DNA of 29,034 bases from Candidatus Baldrarchaeum yapensis (GTDB lineage Archaea > Asgardarchaeota > Baldrarchaeia > Baldrarchaeales > Baldrarchaeaceae): positions 1 to 29,034 of the forward strand of contig JAEOSH010000022.1 in assembly GCA_016840465.1 (NCBI GenBank), written 5' to 3'. A program made the position numbers and the translations under genes. The notes beneath the pieces are model-generated. The model ran no database searches and was not told where the DNA came from. It saw only the letters and a list, made by a program, of their open reading frames with translations. Shown here piece by piece: positions 6,795-14,654 of this stretch (position 1 is the first letter of the stretch; each line of letters opens with the position of its first letter).

Positions 6795-9644
6795 ATGGGT
6801 AAGGAGCAACCCGAAGTGAGGATAGGATTAGAGATTCACTGTCAGATGTCGAACCTGAAGACGAAGCTCTTCTGCAGTTGCCCTTCCGATTACCGGGATA
6901 AGGATCCAAACACAGTGACGTGTCCCGTATGTTTGGGACTCCCCGGTGCGCTCCCCGTAGTCAATAAAGAGGCAATAAAGATGGCGATAAAGACGGCCCT
7001 CGTACTCAACTCCCAAATCTCGAGGAAGACCTACTTCTACAGGAAACACTACTTCTACCCCGACCTCCCCAAGGGCTACCAGATATCCCAATACGACAGG
7101 GCGGGCGCGGTCCCCTTCGCCGTTGGAGGCTACCTTGACATAGAGGTAAACGGGCGCAGGAAGAGGATAAGGATTCGGAGGATACAGATAGAGGAGGACC
7201 CCGCAAAACTCACATATAGTGGTGCGTCCATCGATGTCGCTCAATTCACAATGATAGACTATAACAGGTCCGGAATTCCGCTTCTGGAAATAGTAACGGA
7301 GCCCGACCTCTCCTCCGCGGAGGAAACCGTGGAATTCCTAAAGAAGTTGCGGATGCTTCTGGAACATATCGGTGTATTTCAAGGAGATCTGGAGGGCGTG
7401 ATGAGGGTAGACGTGAACCTCTCGATAGGGTCCGGCGCCAGGGTCGAGATAAAGAACCTATCCTCCCTGAAGGATGTTGAGAGGGCGATTTCATTCGAGA
7501 TTCTGAGGCAGACGAGACTCATGCGTGAAGGGATAGAGGTAAGAAGGGAAACGCTCCACTGGGACGACAAGGCACGTAGAACCTATACTCTGAGAGAGAA
7601 GGAGGAGGAGCAGGACTACAGGTATTTCCCCGATCCCAACCTCCCTCCCCTCATGATAACGGATGAAATGATAGAGGAAGTCAAGAAGGAACTCCCGCAT
7701 CTGCCGGAAATGCTCGTCGAGAAGTATGTCAGCGAACTCGGAATCCCGGAGAATATGGCGAGAGTGATAGTGCAGGACGTAACGCTCTCCAGATTCTTTG
7801 ATGAATGTGTGGAATCCGGTGGAAACCCGGCAGAGGTTGCTCGCTGGCTCCTAAAACTCCCGAAGGAGGACAAGGAAACCCTCCTCTCAAAGTGGGACAC
7901 ATCCGGGTTCGCCAAGGTCGTCGACGTACTAAAGAACTATGAGGTTCCGGACGACATAGGCGTCAACCTGATTCATGATTACCTCTCGGGGAAGATAACG
8001 CTAGAGGATGTGGAGGAGGGAGGAAGGAAGATCGCAGAGTCACGTAAATATCTTAAGGAGAAGATAATCGAAATCCTATCCTCAATAGAAGTTCCAAAGA
8101 AGGTAATTGAGAGGATAGGCGGAGATGAGGAGAAGTTAAGGGGTTTCGTCATAGGGCAGGTGAAAAAGCTTCTTTCCAAAACGTATGGCAGATTCATAGA
8201 CTCCAAACTCGTCGCCGAACTGGTATCGGAGAACTTTGGTGTTGTAAGGGAAAGAGTAAAGCTGGAGAAGAAAGAAGAGGTCACCCCCACCGTCACAGTT
8301 AGGGAAAGGATCGTAGAGGGTCTGGAGGGTCTTCGGAGGACCCACTTCACGGATGAGGTCACTTCTGATCTCGAGGGAGAAGAGGTAGTGGTGTACGGCT
8401 GGGTCCAAAGAATAAGCCGCCTCGGAAAACTCACCTTCCTGGTGCTCAGAGACGGAAGAGGAATAATCCAAGTGAAGATCTCCAGAAAGGAGTGCCCCGA
8501 GGAGGTCGTCAAGAAACTGAAATACATAACGCCGGAGTCGGTGGTAGCGGTCAAGGGCACCGTTAGGGTCGACAAGAGGGCGCCCACCGGAGTCGAAATA
8601 GTTCCCAGCGAGATGAGGGTTCTCGCAATTAGTGAGAAACTCCCATACACCCTAGAGCAGGCCCGTGAGGTCGACCTTTCCACACGGCTCGACTACAGGT
8701 ACATCGACATAAGGAGGGAGAGCGTCAGGGCGATCTTCAGAATAAGGTCCACGGTGCTCCACAGCATCAGTAACTTCTTCCACGAGCACGGCTTCGTCGA
8801 GATCAACACCCCCAAGATAATTGCAACAGCGGCAGAGGGAGGCGCTGAACTATTCTCCCTTCTCTTCTACGGAAGAGAAGCGTACCTCAGCCAAAGTCCT
8901 CAACTTTACAAGCAAATGGCAACTCTCGGGTTTGAGCGCGTCTTCGAGATAGGACCATGCTACAGAGCGGAAAAGTTCCACACGACAAAGCACCTAGTAG
9001 AGTTCTGGGCCCTCGATGTCGAGGTGGCATTCGCAACATACCATGACCTCATGAAGATCCTCGAGGACCTGATGGTGCACGTGTACAGTGATGTTATAGA
9101 GAAGCACCCGAAGGAGTTGGAGATACTGGGTGTGGAGCTGGAGGTCCCGAAGCCCCCGTTCCCCAAGATAACCTACGATGAGGCGCTCAAAATAGCGGCG
9201 AGCAAAGGATATGAGGTAGAGTGGGGCGACGACGTACGTGGTGAGGCCTTCAGGGCGGTGTCAAACGACTTTGCAGAACGTGGACACGAGTTCTTCTTCA
9301 TAATAGACTTCCCAGCGTCCGCAAGAGCATTTTACTACAAGCCACATGAGAAGGATGAACGACTCACTAAGAGTTTTGATCTAGTGAACAGCGTCAAGGG
9401 AGGAATAGAACTCTCAAGTGGAGGGGAGAGAATAAACGACATAGACCTCCTAGTAAAGAGACTTAGGGAGCGGGGTCTCGACCCCGAGAAGTACACGTGG
9501 TACCTTGATATGTTCAAATACGGGGTCCCACCACACGGAGGATTCGGTCTAGGAATAGAAAGACTCCTGCAGGCGATGCTTCGCCTCGACAACATAATGG
9601 AGGCAGTGTTCGTACCGAGAACGCCTCAGAGACTCACACCATAA
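6795..9644 (+). CDS. gatB-aspS: GatB::aspartyl-tRNA synthetase fusion (GatB aa 1-481, 31-aa linker, archaeal-type AspRS aa 513-949)
   Basis: GatB: IGLEIHCQ, FCSC/CPVC, RKHYFYPDLPKGYQISQY, EEDPAK, DYNRSGIPLLEIVTEPD, RVEIKN, DYRYFPDP, FVIGQVKK tail. AspRS: RTHF...GWV, LRDG, EGGAELF, QSPQLYKQ, GPCYRAEK, SSGGER, PPHGGFGLGIERL, PRTPQRLTP. One uninterrupted 949-codon frame. Confidence 0.95.
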   Translation: MGKEQPEVRIGLEIHCQMSNLKTKLFCSCPSDYRDKDPNTVTCPVCLGLPGALPVVNKEAIKMAIKTALVLNSQISRKTYFYRKHYFYPDLPKGYQISQYDRAGAVPFAVGGYLDIEVNGRRKRIRIRRIQIEEDPAKLTYSGASIDVAQFTMIDYNRSGIPLLEIVTEPDLSSAEETVEFLKKLRMLLEHIGVFQGDLEGVMRVDVNLSIGSGARVEIKNLSSLKDVERAISFEILRQTRLMREGIEVRRETLHWDDKARRTYTLREKEEEQDYRYFPDPNLPPLMITDEMIEEVKKELPHLPEMLVEKYVSELGIPENMARVIVQDVTLSRFFDECVESGGNPAEVARWLLKLPKEDKETLLSKWDTSGFAKVVDVLKNYEVPDDIGVNLIHDYLSGKITLEDVEEGGRKIAESRKYLKEKIIEILSSIEVPKKVIERIGGDEEKLRGFVIGQVKKLLSKTYGRFIDSKLVAELVSENFGVVRERVKLEKKEEVTPTVTVRERIVEGLEGLRRTHFTDEVTSDLEGEEVVVYGWVQRISRLGKLTFLVLRDGRGIIQVKISRKECPEEVVKKLKYITPESVVAVKGTVRVDKRAPTGVEIVPSEMRVLAISEKLPYTLEQAREVDLSTRLDYRYIDIRRESVRAIFRIRSTVLHSISNFFHEHGFVEINTPKIIATAAEGGAELFSLLFYGREAYLSQSPQLYKQMATLGFERVFEIGPCYRAEKFHTTKHLVEFWALDVEVAFATYHDLMKILEDLMVHVYSDVIEKHPKELEILGVELEVPKPPFPKITYDEALKIAASKGYEVEWGDDVRGEAFRAVSNDFAERGHEFFFIIDFPASARAFYYKPHEKDERLTKSFDLVNSVKGGIELSSGGERINDIDLLVKRLRERGLDPEKYTWYLDMFKYGVPPHGGFGLGIERLLQAMLRLDNIMEAVFVPRTPQRLTP

Positions 9645-9670
9645 CTCAATCCCAGAGGGGATTTCTCTGG

Positions 9671-9733
9671 GGAAATCCGCATAAGGCCCCATCTCATCAC
9701 AGGTCAGCCGAAACCTCCTTCCGTCATCTTTCC
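9671..9733 (-). ncRNA. Candidate box C/D guide sRNA, convergent with the aspS 3' end
   Basis: Minus strand reads GGA-AAGATGA(C)-cggaaggaggtttcgg-CTGA(D')-cct-GTGATGA(C')-gatggggccttatg-CGGA(D)-TTTCC. The D'/C' pair is canonical; the C and D boxes are variant but k-turn compatible. A TATA-like TATTTATAA lies at 9793-9785. Confidence 0.65.
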
Positions 9734-10009
9734 TTTCCATCCCTTTTCGGGAGTTCTCCTCGACAATTATGGTAACTAAGTCTCTTATAAATATAGTTAT
9801 TGGAGCCGAGCTTGTTGAAGTTTTTAGTATTTTATTTTTCCTCGCAAGTTCAATGGCGAAGTATCCCTAGCACGAGAAATATTGTCATGTTCGCGTAAGC
9901 CACTGATACGCTCTGCGGAGAGCAGATCCATGTTTTCATGGCAGTATAAAGAAGAAAGACCAGCATGCAATCAATCTCAGGGCCACTTGCACGCATGAAG
10001 AGGCTGACC

Positions 10010-10540
10010 ATCTCCTTGAGCCTTAACATACGCTTCATGTTATGCATTGCCGCCCTGAAAAAACAACAAAGAAGACCATAATCTCCGAATTCCTTCCCGC
10101 TCCCTCTTCTTCCTCCTGTGGTACCTCTGAGCCGAGAAACTCTCGGCCGCCCGGCGGGGAGAATACGACCAAGATCTGCACTAAACATTTGCGATGGCTT
10201 CACCTGAAAGTCGATGCCTTCCCGAAACGCCGTCATGCAATTCCTTCTCACAAAAAATCGCTATCTGCATAAAGAACCGAACTCCGCGGAAGTGCCTCCA
10301 TGACCCTGAAATGCCCACGACGCATCGCTTACGTGAAAGCGAACATGTCCACCCCTATGTCATAGACGAATTTATGTCGATAACGGTCCTCGAAAGCACT
10401 GTTCTCCCCGCACCACCCTCTCCTCAAGAAATTCCGCCGGGACGGCAGTCCTGTCCGCAACGAACTCTTCCAGGTCATCACGGCATTCCGAATTTTCATG
10501 TAAGCATGAAAGTGCAGATTCCAAGTTGTAATGTCACTTT
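10010..10540 (-). pseudogene. Heavily decayed IS4/IS5-like DDE transposase remnant
   Basis: Fragments in shifting frames occur in the expected order: FVADRTAV (10461-10447, cf. AVDSTG), RHKFVYD, EALPRSSVLYADS (10274-10260, cf. LADSxY), VRRNC...FQVKP, RYHRRKKRE (10126-10112, cf. YxxRxxxE), AAMHNMKRM. Stops and frameshifts lie between them. Confidence 0.45.
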
Positions 10541-10620
10541 CATAACCACGTATTAACGGCTATATTTTATAATCTCAAGAGGAAAAGTTAGACTATGAGT
10601 AGAGTGCACAGGTGAAAAAT

Positions 10621-11058
10621 ATGAGTACCAAGTACTGCCCTTATTGCGGAGCACAGTTACCACCAGGCGCATCTTTTTGCCCAAAGTGTGGCGCCAGTGT
10701 CCAAGTTGCACCTGCAACGCCCACAACCCAGCAACCAGCGACCCCAGTGACGACAACTCCAGTCTCACCGCCCCCCACTCGTCCACCGACTACTGTCGTG
10801 GTTGGGGCTAAGAGTCCGGGGGTTGCTGCAATCCTATCGTTGCTGATCCCAGGCCTCGGGCAGATATACGTCGGAAGAGTGGGAAGGGGCTTATTGATAT
10901 TGTTCATAGTGATGCCACTTACATTCGTGATAGCGTCTCTCACGCTCATATTTGTGTTCCTACCGCTCATCATATGGATCTGGCAAATCTTCGACGCATA
11001 TAATCTTGCGAAAAAGTACAACGACTACCTGTTAAGCATAGGCCAACCTCCTTGGTGA
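10621..11058 (+). CDS. Zinc-ribbon + Pro/Thr linker + TM2-like membrane protein
   Basis: CPYCG...FCPKCG, PATPTTQQPATPVTTTPVSPPPTRPP linker, KSPGVAAILSLLIPGLGQIYVG, WIWQIFDAY. ATG at 10621 is preferred (ORF track starts at GTG 10612). Confidence 0.85.
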   Translation: MSTKYCPYCGAQLPPGASFCPKCGASVQVAPATPTTQQPATPVTTTPVSPPPTRPPTTVVVGAKSPGVAAILSLLIPGLGQIYVGRVGRGLLILFIVMPLTFVIASLTLIFVFLPLIIWIWQIFDAYNLAKKYNDYLLSIGQPPW

Positions 11059-11311
11059 ATAAGGCAAAATACCTTAACGTTCCTTTTTCTTTTTTATCAA
11101 TGGGAGTATGGAAGTATCCACGCATCCACTCAAGAAACTTTACGAAATCCATAAACGTAAATTTTCGCCATAATACGTATATCCTGGGATCTGATCTTAG
11201 TATGCTACACTCCTACTTGTATCATTTCAATTTTCAATTATGCTTTCTTCAAACATTCCATTTGAAGAAGTTCTTGTTAGCTTTGACAAAAGGAAACCTT
11301 TTGGTGGGCTC

Positions 11312-12493
11312 CTATAACTTCGAAATTAGGAATTCGAGAGCAGTTAGTGCGTAGACTTTCGATGCTATCATCACGTCCTTTGTGCAAATGTGTTCATATG
11401 GTGTGTGAGCAACAGCGCAATCTCCGGGCCCAAAGATAACTACCGGAATTTTTGCCTTAAGAAAGAGGGTTTCCGCATCTGTCCACGCGGTAAATGGCAT
11501 GTGCTCGACATCTTTTCCGCAAACCGTACGAAATGCTCTTGAAATTGCGGACACTATTTTCTCATGCTCGTTAACCGAAAACGCCTCCCCATAGTTCGAA
11601 GTCTCCACGTGATAACCCAATATTACGCCTTTCCTCCTCAAATTTTCGAGGATCACCCTAGCCTCCCTCTTAACATCCTCTTCCTTGACCCCGCTCTTGA
11701 GGTTCAGGTTTAACTCCAAACGGCAGGAAAGAGGAACTACTACCGACCGCGTCCCCCCCACAAACCTATTGATATTCATTGATAAAACCTCCCCCTCCTT
11801 TACAATCCTAGACTCCTTAAACATGCTGAGAAACTCTATCGCCCCCTCCACCGCATTTACTCCTCTCTGGGGGAAACTCCCGTGCGCGGCCTTTCCGAAG
11901 ACCATTACTGTGAGATCCACATACCCCAGTTGTGAGGTGCAGATGCGTAAAGAGGTGGGCTCACCGACTATTGCAGCATCCGCAAGAATTCCCTTCTCGA
12001 CGAGGTGTTGTGTACCCCTCCCCTGTTCCTCCTCATCTACAACAAATGCCAGAATAACTCTCCCGCCAATCTGATTCTCAAACGGTAGTAAATTCTTAAA
12101 AGCTAATAGCATCGCGGTAAGCCCACCCTTCATATCCACAGCCCCCAATCCGTAAATGTAATCTCCGCATACCACCGCCTTAAACGGTGGAGTATTCCAG
12201 TCTTCCGGGGCAACAGTGTCGAGATGGCCGTTCAGCATAAGGACTCGTCTTCCCTTCCCTATTTCGGCTATAAGATTGTACCTGTTCGGAAGAACCTCCT
12301 CAAGCCTTACAGATACTCCCCACCCTTCTAATAACTCTCTTATGTAGAACGCAATTTCGGCCTCGTATCCCGATACGCTCGGAATCTCTATTAGCTTCGA
12401 TAGAAGATCCACTACCTCTTCCCTGCTAACTCTCATGGAGTCCAGTAGTGCCCGCCTCGTATCGATACCGCACATGTGCGTAAGTAATAGCAC
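11312..12493 (-). CDS. M20 family metallopeptidase/deacetylase (ArgE/DapE/LysK-like)
   Basis: NGHLDTV, YGLGAVDMKGG, VDEE, IVGEPT, GKAAHGS and AHTPYE. The true start may be ATG 12436 (MRVSREEVVDLL). Confidence 0.92.
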   Translation of the reverse strand: MLLLTHMCGIDTRRALLDSMRVSREEVVDLLSKLIEIPSVSGYEAEIAFYIRELLEGWGVSVRLEEVLPNRYNLIAEIGKGRRVLMLNGHLDTVAPEDWNTPPFKAVVCGDYIYGLGAVDMKGGLTAMLLAFKNLLPFENQIGGRVILAFVVDEEEQGRGTQHLVEKGILADAAIVGEPTSLRICTSQLGYVDLTVMVFGKAAHGSFPQRGVNAVEGAIEFLSMFKESRIVKEGEVLSMNINRFVGGTRSVVVPLSCRLELNLNLKSGVKEEDVKREARVILENLRRKGVILGYHVETSNYGEAFSVNEHEKIVSAISRAFRTVCGKDVEHMPFTAWTDAETLFLKAKIPVVIFGPGDCAVAHTPYEHICTKDVMIASKVYALTALEFLISKL

Positions 12494-12930
12494 TACTCTT
12501 TAATTGATTTCTCAAACGACCTCGTGACGCCTATTATCAGCGTCGAGACCCTCTCGGGCCTCGTGAAGAGGTTCGATATTAAAAGAGTTGCAGACTTTGG
12601 GTCATCCTTAAGGTACTCCGCAAGCGCCTGGGGCCACACCGCCACAACATCAGCGCCCATCTCCGAAAACTTCATGAGGAAGCCCATCGGCATTCCCATG
12701 AACCGAAGCATCATTACCATGTAGTCCTCCTCCGACTTCTCATTGCCCTCCGGGTCACTTAGCTCCTCAATTATGAACCTTTGTGCTCCTTTGATCCTCA
12801 TATAATTCTCAAAAATCGCAAACCACCGCTCGCTCAGCCCCACAACGTCACCACTTATGTCCTTGAGATCGTAAAATGTAAAATCATGAACCTCCTGTGC
12901 CGTCTTCGCCCGAAACTTCCACGTCTTCAT
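12493..12930 (-). CDS. Hypothetical protein with a Met-rich segment
   Basis: 145-aa ORF with natural composition and an upstream GAGTGAG. Its stop overlaps the M20 GTG (TAGTG). No recognised family. Confidence 0.7.
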   Translation of the reverse strand: MKTWKFRAKTAQEVHDFTFYDLKDISGDVVGLSERWFAIFENYMRIKGAQRFIIEELSDPEGNEKSEEDYMVMMLRFMGMPMGFLMKFSEMGADVVAVWPQALAEYLKDDPKSATLLISNLFTRPERVSTLIIGVTRSFEKSIKE

Positions 12931-13011
12931 AGCTACTCACTCTCGAATTTGAAGAATAAGTTGCAGAAGATACTATAATAGTCTATCGGAACACATCCAC
13001 ATCCATTAAAA

Positions 13012-13368
13012 TCACTCTTTCCAAGAAAGTTCCTTCTCCAAATTTTCAATAAATTCACTTATTTTTTCTCCGTTCGGCGTTGTGATCAGCGGTAATATTC
13101 TCACTCTTCCTCCAAACATCTCCTCTATTTCCCTTGCAGCATTCTCCACACAATTCCTCATTTCGAGACAATCCTCCTTCAAGACAACAAGTACGTTTGC
13201 ATCGTCAACGAAAATGTCCTCATACGGCGACGCAATAACCATCAACACGTTCTCGCGCAGAAGGTGTTGCACCTTCGCGACAAAAATAAAAACGGCCAGG
13301 TCCCACTCGGAAATAAGACTAAAAATTCTCGGCAAAATCCTTAATTTATCGAAAACATCGCCCCTCAT
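13012..13368 (-). CDS. Small MNT-like nucleotidyltransferase-fold protein with degenerate active site
   Basis: FVAKVQHLLRENVLMVIA...DDANVLVVL...AAREIEEMFG...ILPLI aligns by eye with minimal nucleotidyltransferases but lacks FGS and DxD. GGATGAT-type ribosome-binding site upstream. Confidence 0.55.
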   Translation of the reverse strand: MRGDVFDKLRILPRIFSLISEWDLAVFIFVAKVQHLLRENVLMVIASPYEDIFVDDANVLVVLKEDCLEMRNCVENAAREIEEMFGGRVRILPLITTPNGEKISEFIENLEKELSWKE

Positions 13369-13541
13369 CTTGCATCACAACGTACATCATCCTTTAAAAT
13401 GATATTACCGAAGGTAAAGATAATTTTTACTAGTACGGCCATAGTGCAACCATTATGGCAATCTAGGACAACAGCAAAATGCATGTATTTTTTAAAAAGA
13501 CATAAATCAAGAGCCGAAGCCGGAAATATGCACTGTAAAGG

Positions 13542-14249
13542 GTGAATATCGTGAAGTGGCGCCTCGTGGCGTTTGACTTTGATGGCGTTCTTGCCGACAG
13601 TTATACGTGCCTTCCGGATGTTTATAGAAAGTTAGCGGAACATATTGGCCTAAAGGGGGATCTTAGGGAGGAGTTCGTGAAAAGAGCAATAATGTTTGAA
13701 GACAAAAGAGACGCCATTGGAGATTACGACCGGATCGGATGGTGGCCGGAACTACTAGACGGGTTTGGAATTTCGTACGATGAGAGGATGCTGGAGGAAC
13801 TACTGAGTATCTACTGGGAGACGAGAATAAAACTGACGAAAATAATGGACGGCGCAGTCGAGCTGCTTAACCTCCTAAAGAGGAAGAATGCGATCCTAAC
13901 AATAGTCGCAGGACACGACGGCAAACGTAGCATCAAGAGGAGAAGGATAAGGGAAAGTGGACTTGCCGGGTTCTTCGATGACATTATAATAACCGGCGAG
14001 GACATGAGAAACAAGGTCGAGGCCCTAGCTTTCCTTATTGAGAAGTACCGGGTGAAACGCGAGGAAACCATGTTCATCGACGATAAACCCGCACTCATAA
14101 ACAATGTAAACAGGGCGCTGAGCGGCGTTACCACGGTGAAAATGGAATTTAGAAGCGTGCTTTCAACAAGTTGGTCGCAGAAGTGCTCGCCAACTTTCAG
14201 AATTTCGAGCCTCCGCGACCTCATAAGGATAATTGAGCGCGGAGAATAG
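13542..14249 (+). CDS. HAD-superfamily hydrolase
   Basis: Motif I AFDFDGVLAD; GFFDDII; K of motif III (NKVEAL); motif IV FIDDK. Confidence 0.88.
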   Translation: MNIVKWRLVAFDFDGVLADSYTCLPDVYRKLAEHIGLKGDLREEFVKRAIMFEDKRDAIGDYDRIGWWPELLDGFGISYDERMLEELLSIYWETRIKLTKIMDGAVELLNLLKRKNAILTIVAGHDGKRSIKRRRIRESGLAGFFDDIIITGEDMRNKVEALAFLIEKYRVKREETMFIDDKPALINNVNRALSGVTTVKMEFRSVLSTSWSQKCSPTFRISSLRDLIRIIERGE

Positions 14250-14300
14250 CCTCCCAAAATTTATCTTCCGATGCAATCATGTAGGAATCGGGTGGTGGTC

Positions 14301-14654
14301 TTGAAGGTCTTCCACTACCGGGACGTAAAGGCCGAGGACGTAACGGAAGAGGGAGCGGAGAAAATAAAAATAAGATGGCTGATAGATGAGCGCATCGGCG
14401 CGGAGAATTTCTTCATGCGAATGTTCGAAATAGAACCCGGTGGGTGTTCCCCGTTGCACTCTCATCCATGGGAGCATGAGATTTTTATCCTAGAAGGGGA
14501 AGGCGTGGTCATCGGAAAAGATGGAGAGAGGAAAATAGGGCCCGGGGACGTAATATTCATTCCGCCCAACGAAATACATCAGCTTAAGAACACCGGGAAC
14601 AGCCTAATGAGGCTTCTGTGCTTAATTCCCAAATCCGGAAAGCAAACTCGCTAG
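14301..14654 (+). CDS. Cupin-2 domain metalloprotein
   Basis: FEIEPGG..PLHSHPWEHEIFILEGEG and FIPPNEIHQLKN. TTG at 14301 after GGTGGTGG is preferred over ATG 14271. Confidence 0.9.
   Translation: MKVFHYRDVKAEDVTEEGAEKIKIRWLIDERIGAENFFMRMFEIEPGGCSPLHSHPWEHEIFILEGEGVVIGKDGERKIGPGDVIFIPPNEIHQLKNTGNSLMRLLCLIPKSGKQTR

Noticed and set aside
8331-9644. Reading the fused synthetase as AsnRS or LysRS
   Set aside because: QSPQLYKQ and SGGER are AspRS-type (AsnRS has QSxQLYLE and GGSxRE), and the length and C-terminal PRTPxRLTP match archaeal AspRS.
11052-11354. 100-aa plus-strand ORF
   Set aside because: AT-rich intergenic DNA, atypical composition, overlaps both flanking genes, and no ribosome-binding site.
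13542-14654. HAD + cupin as methionine-salvage mtnC/mtnD
   Set aside because: The cupin has the generic HSHPWEHE motif rather than the acireductone-dioxygenase pattern, and no other mtn genes are nearby.
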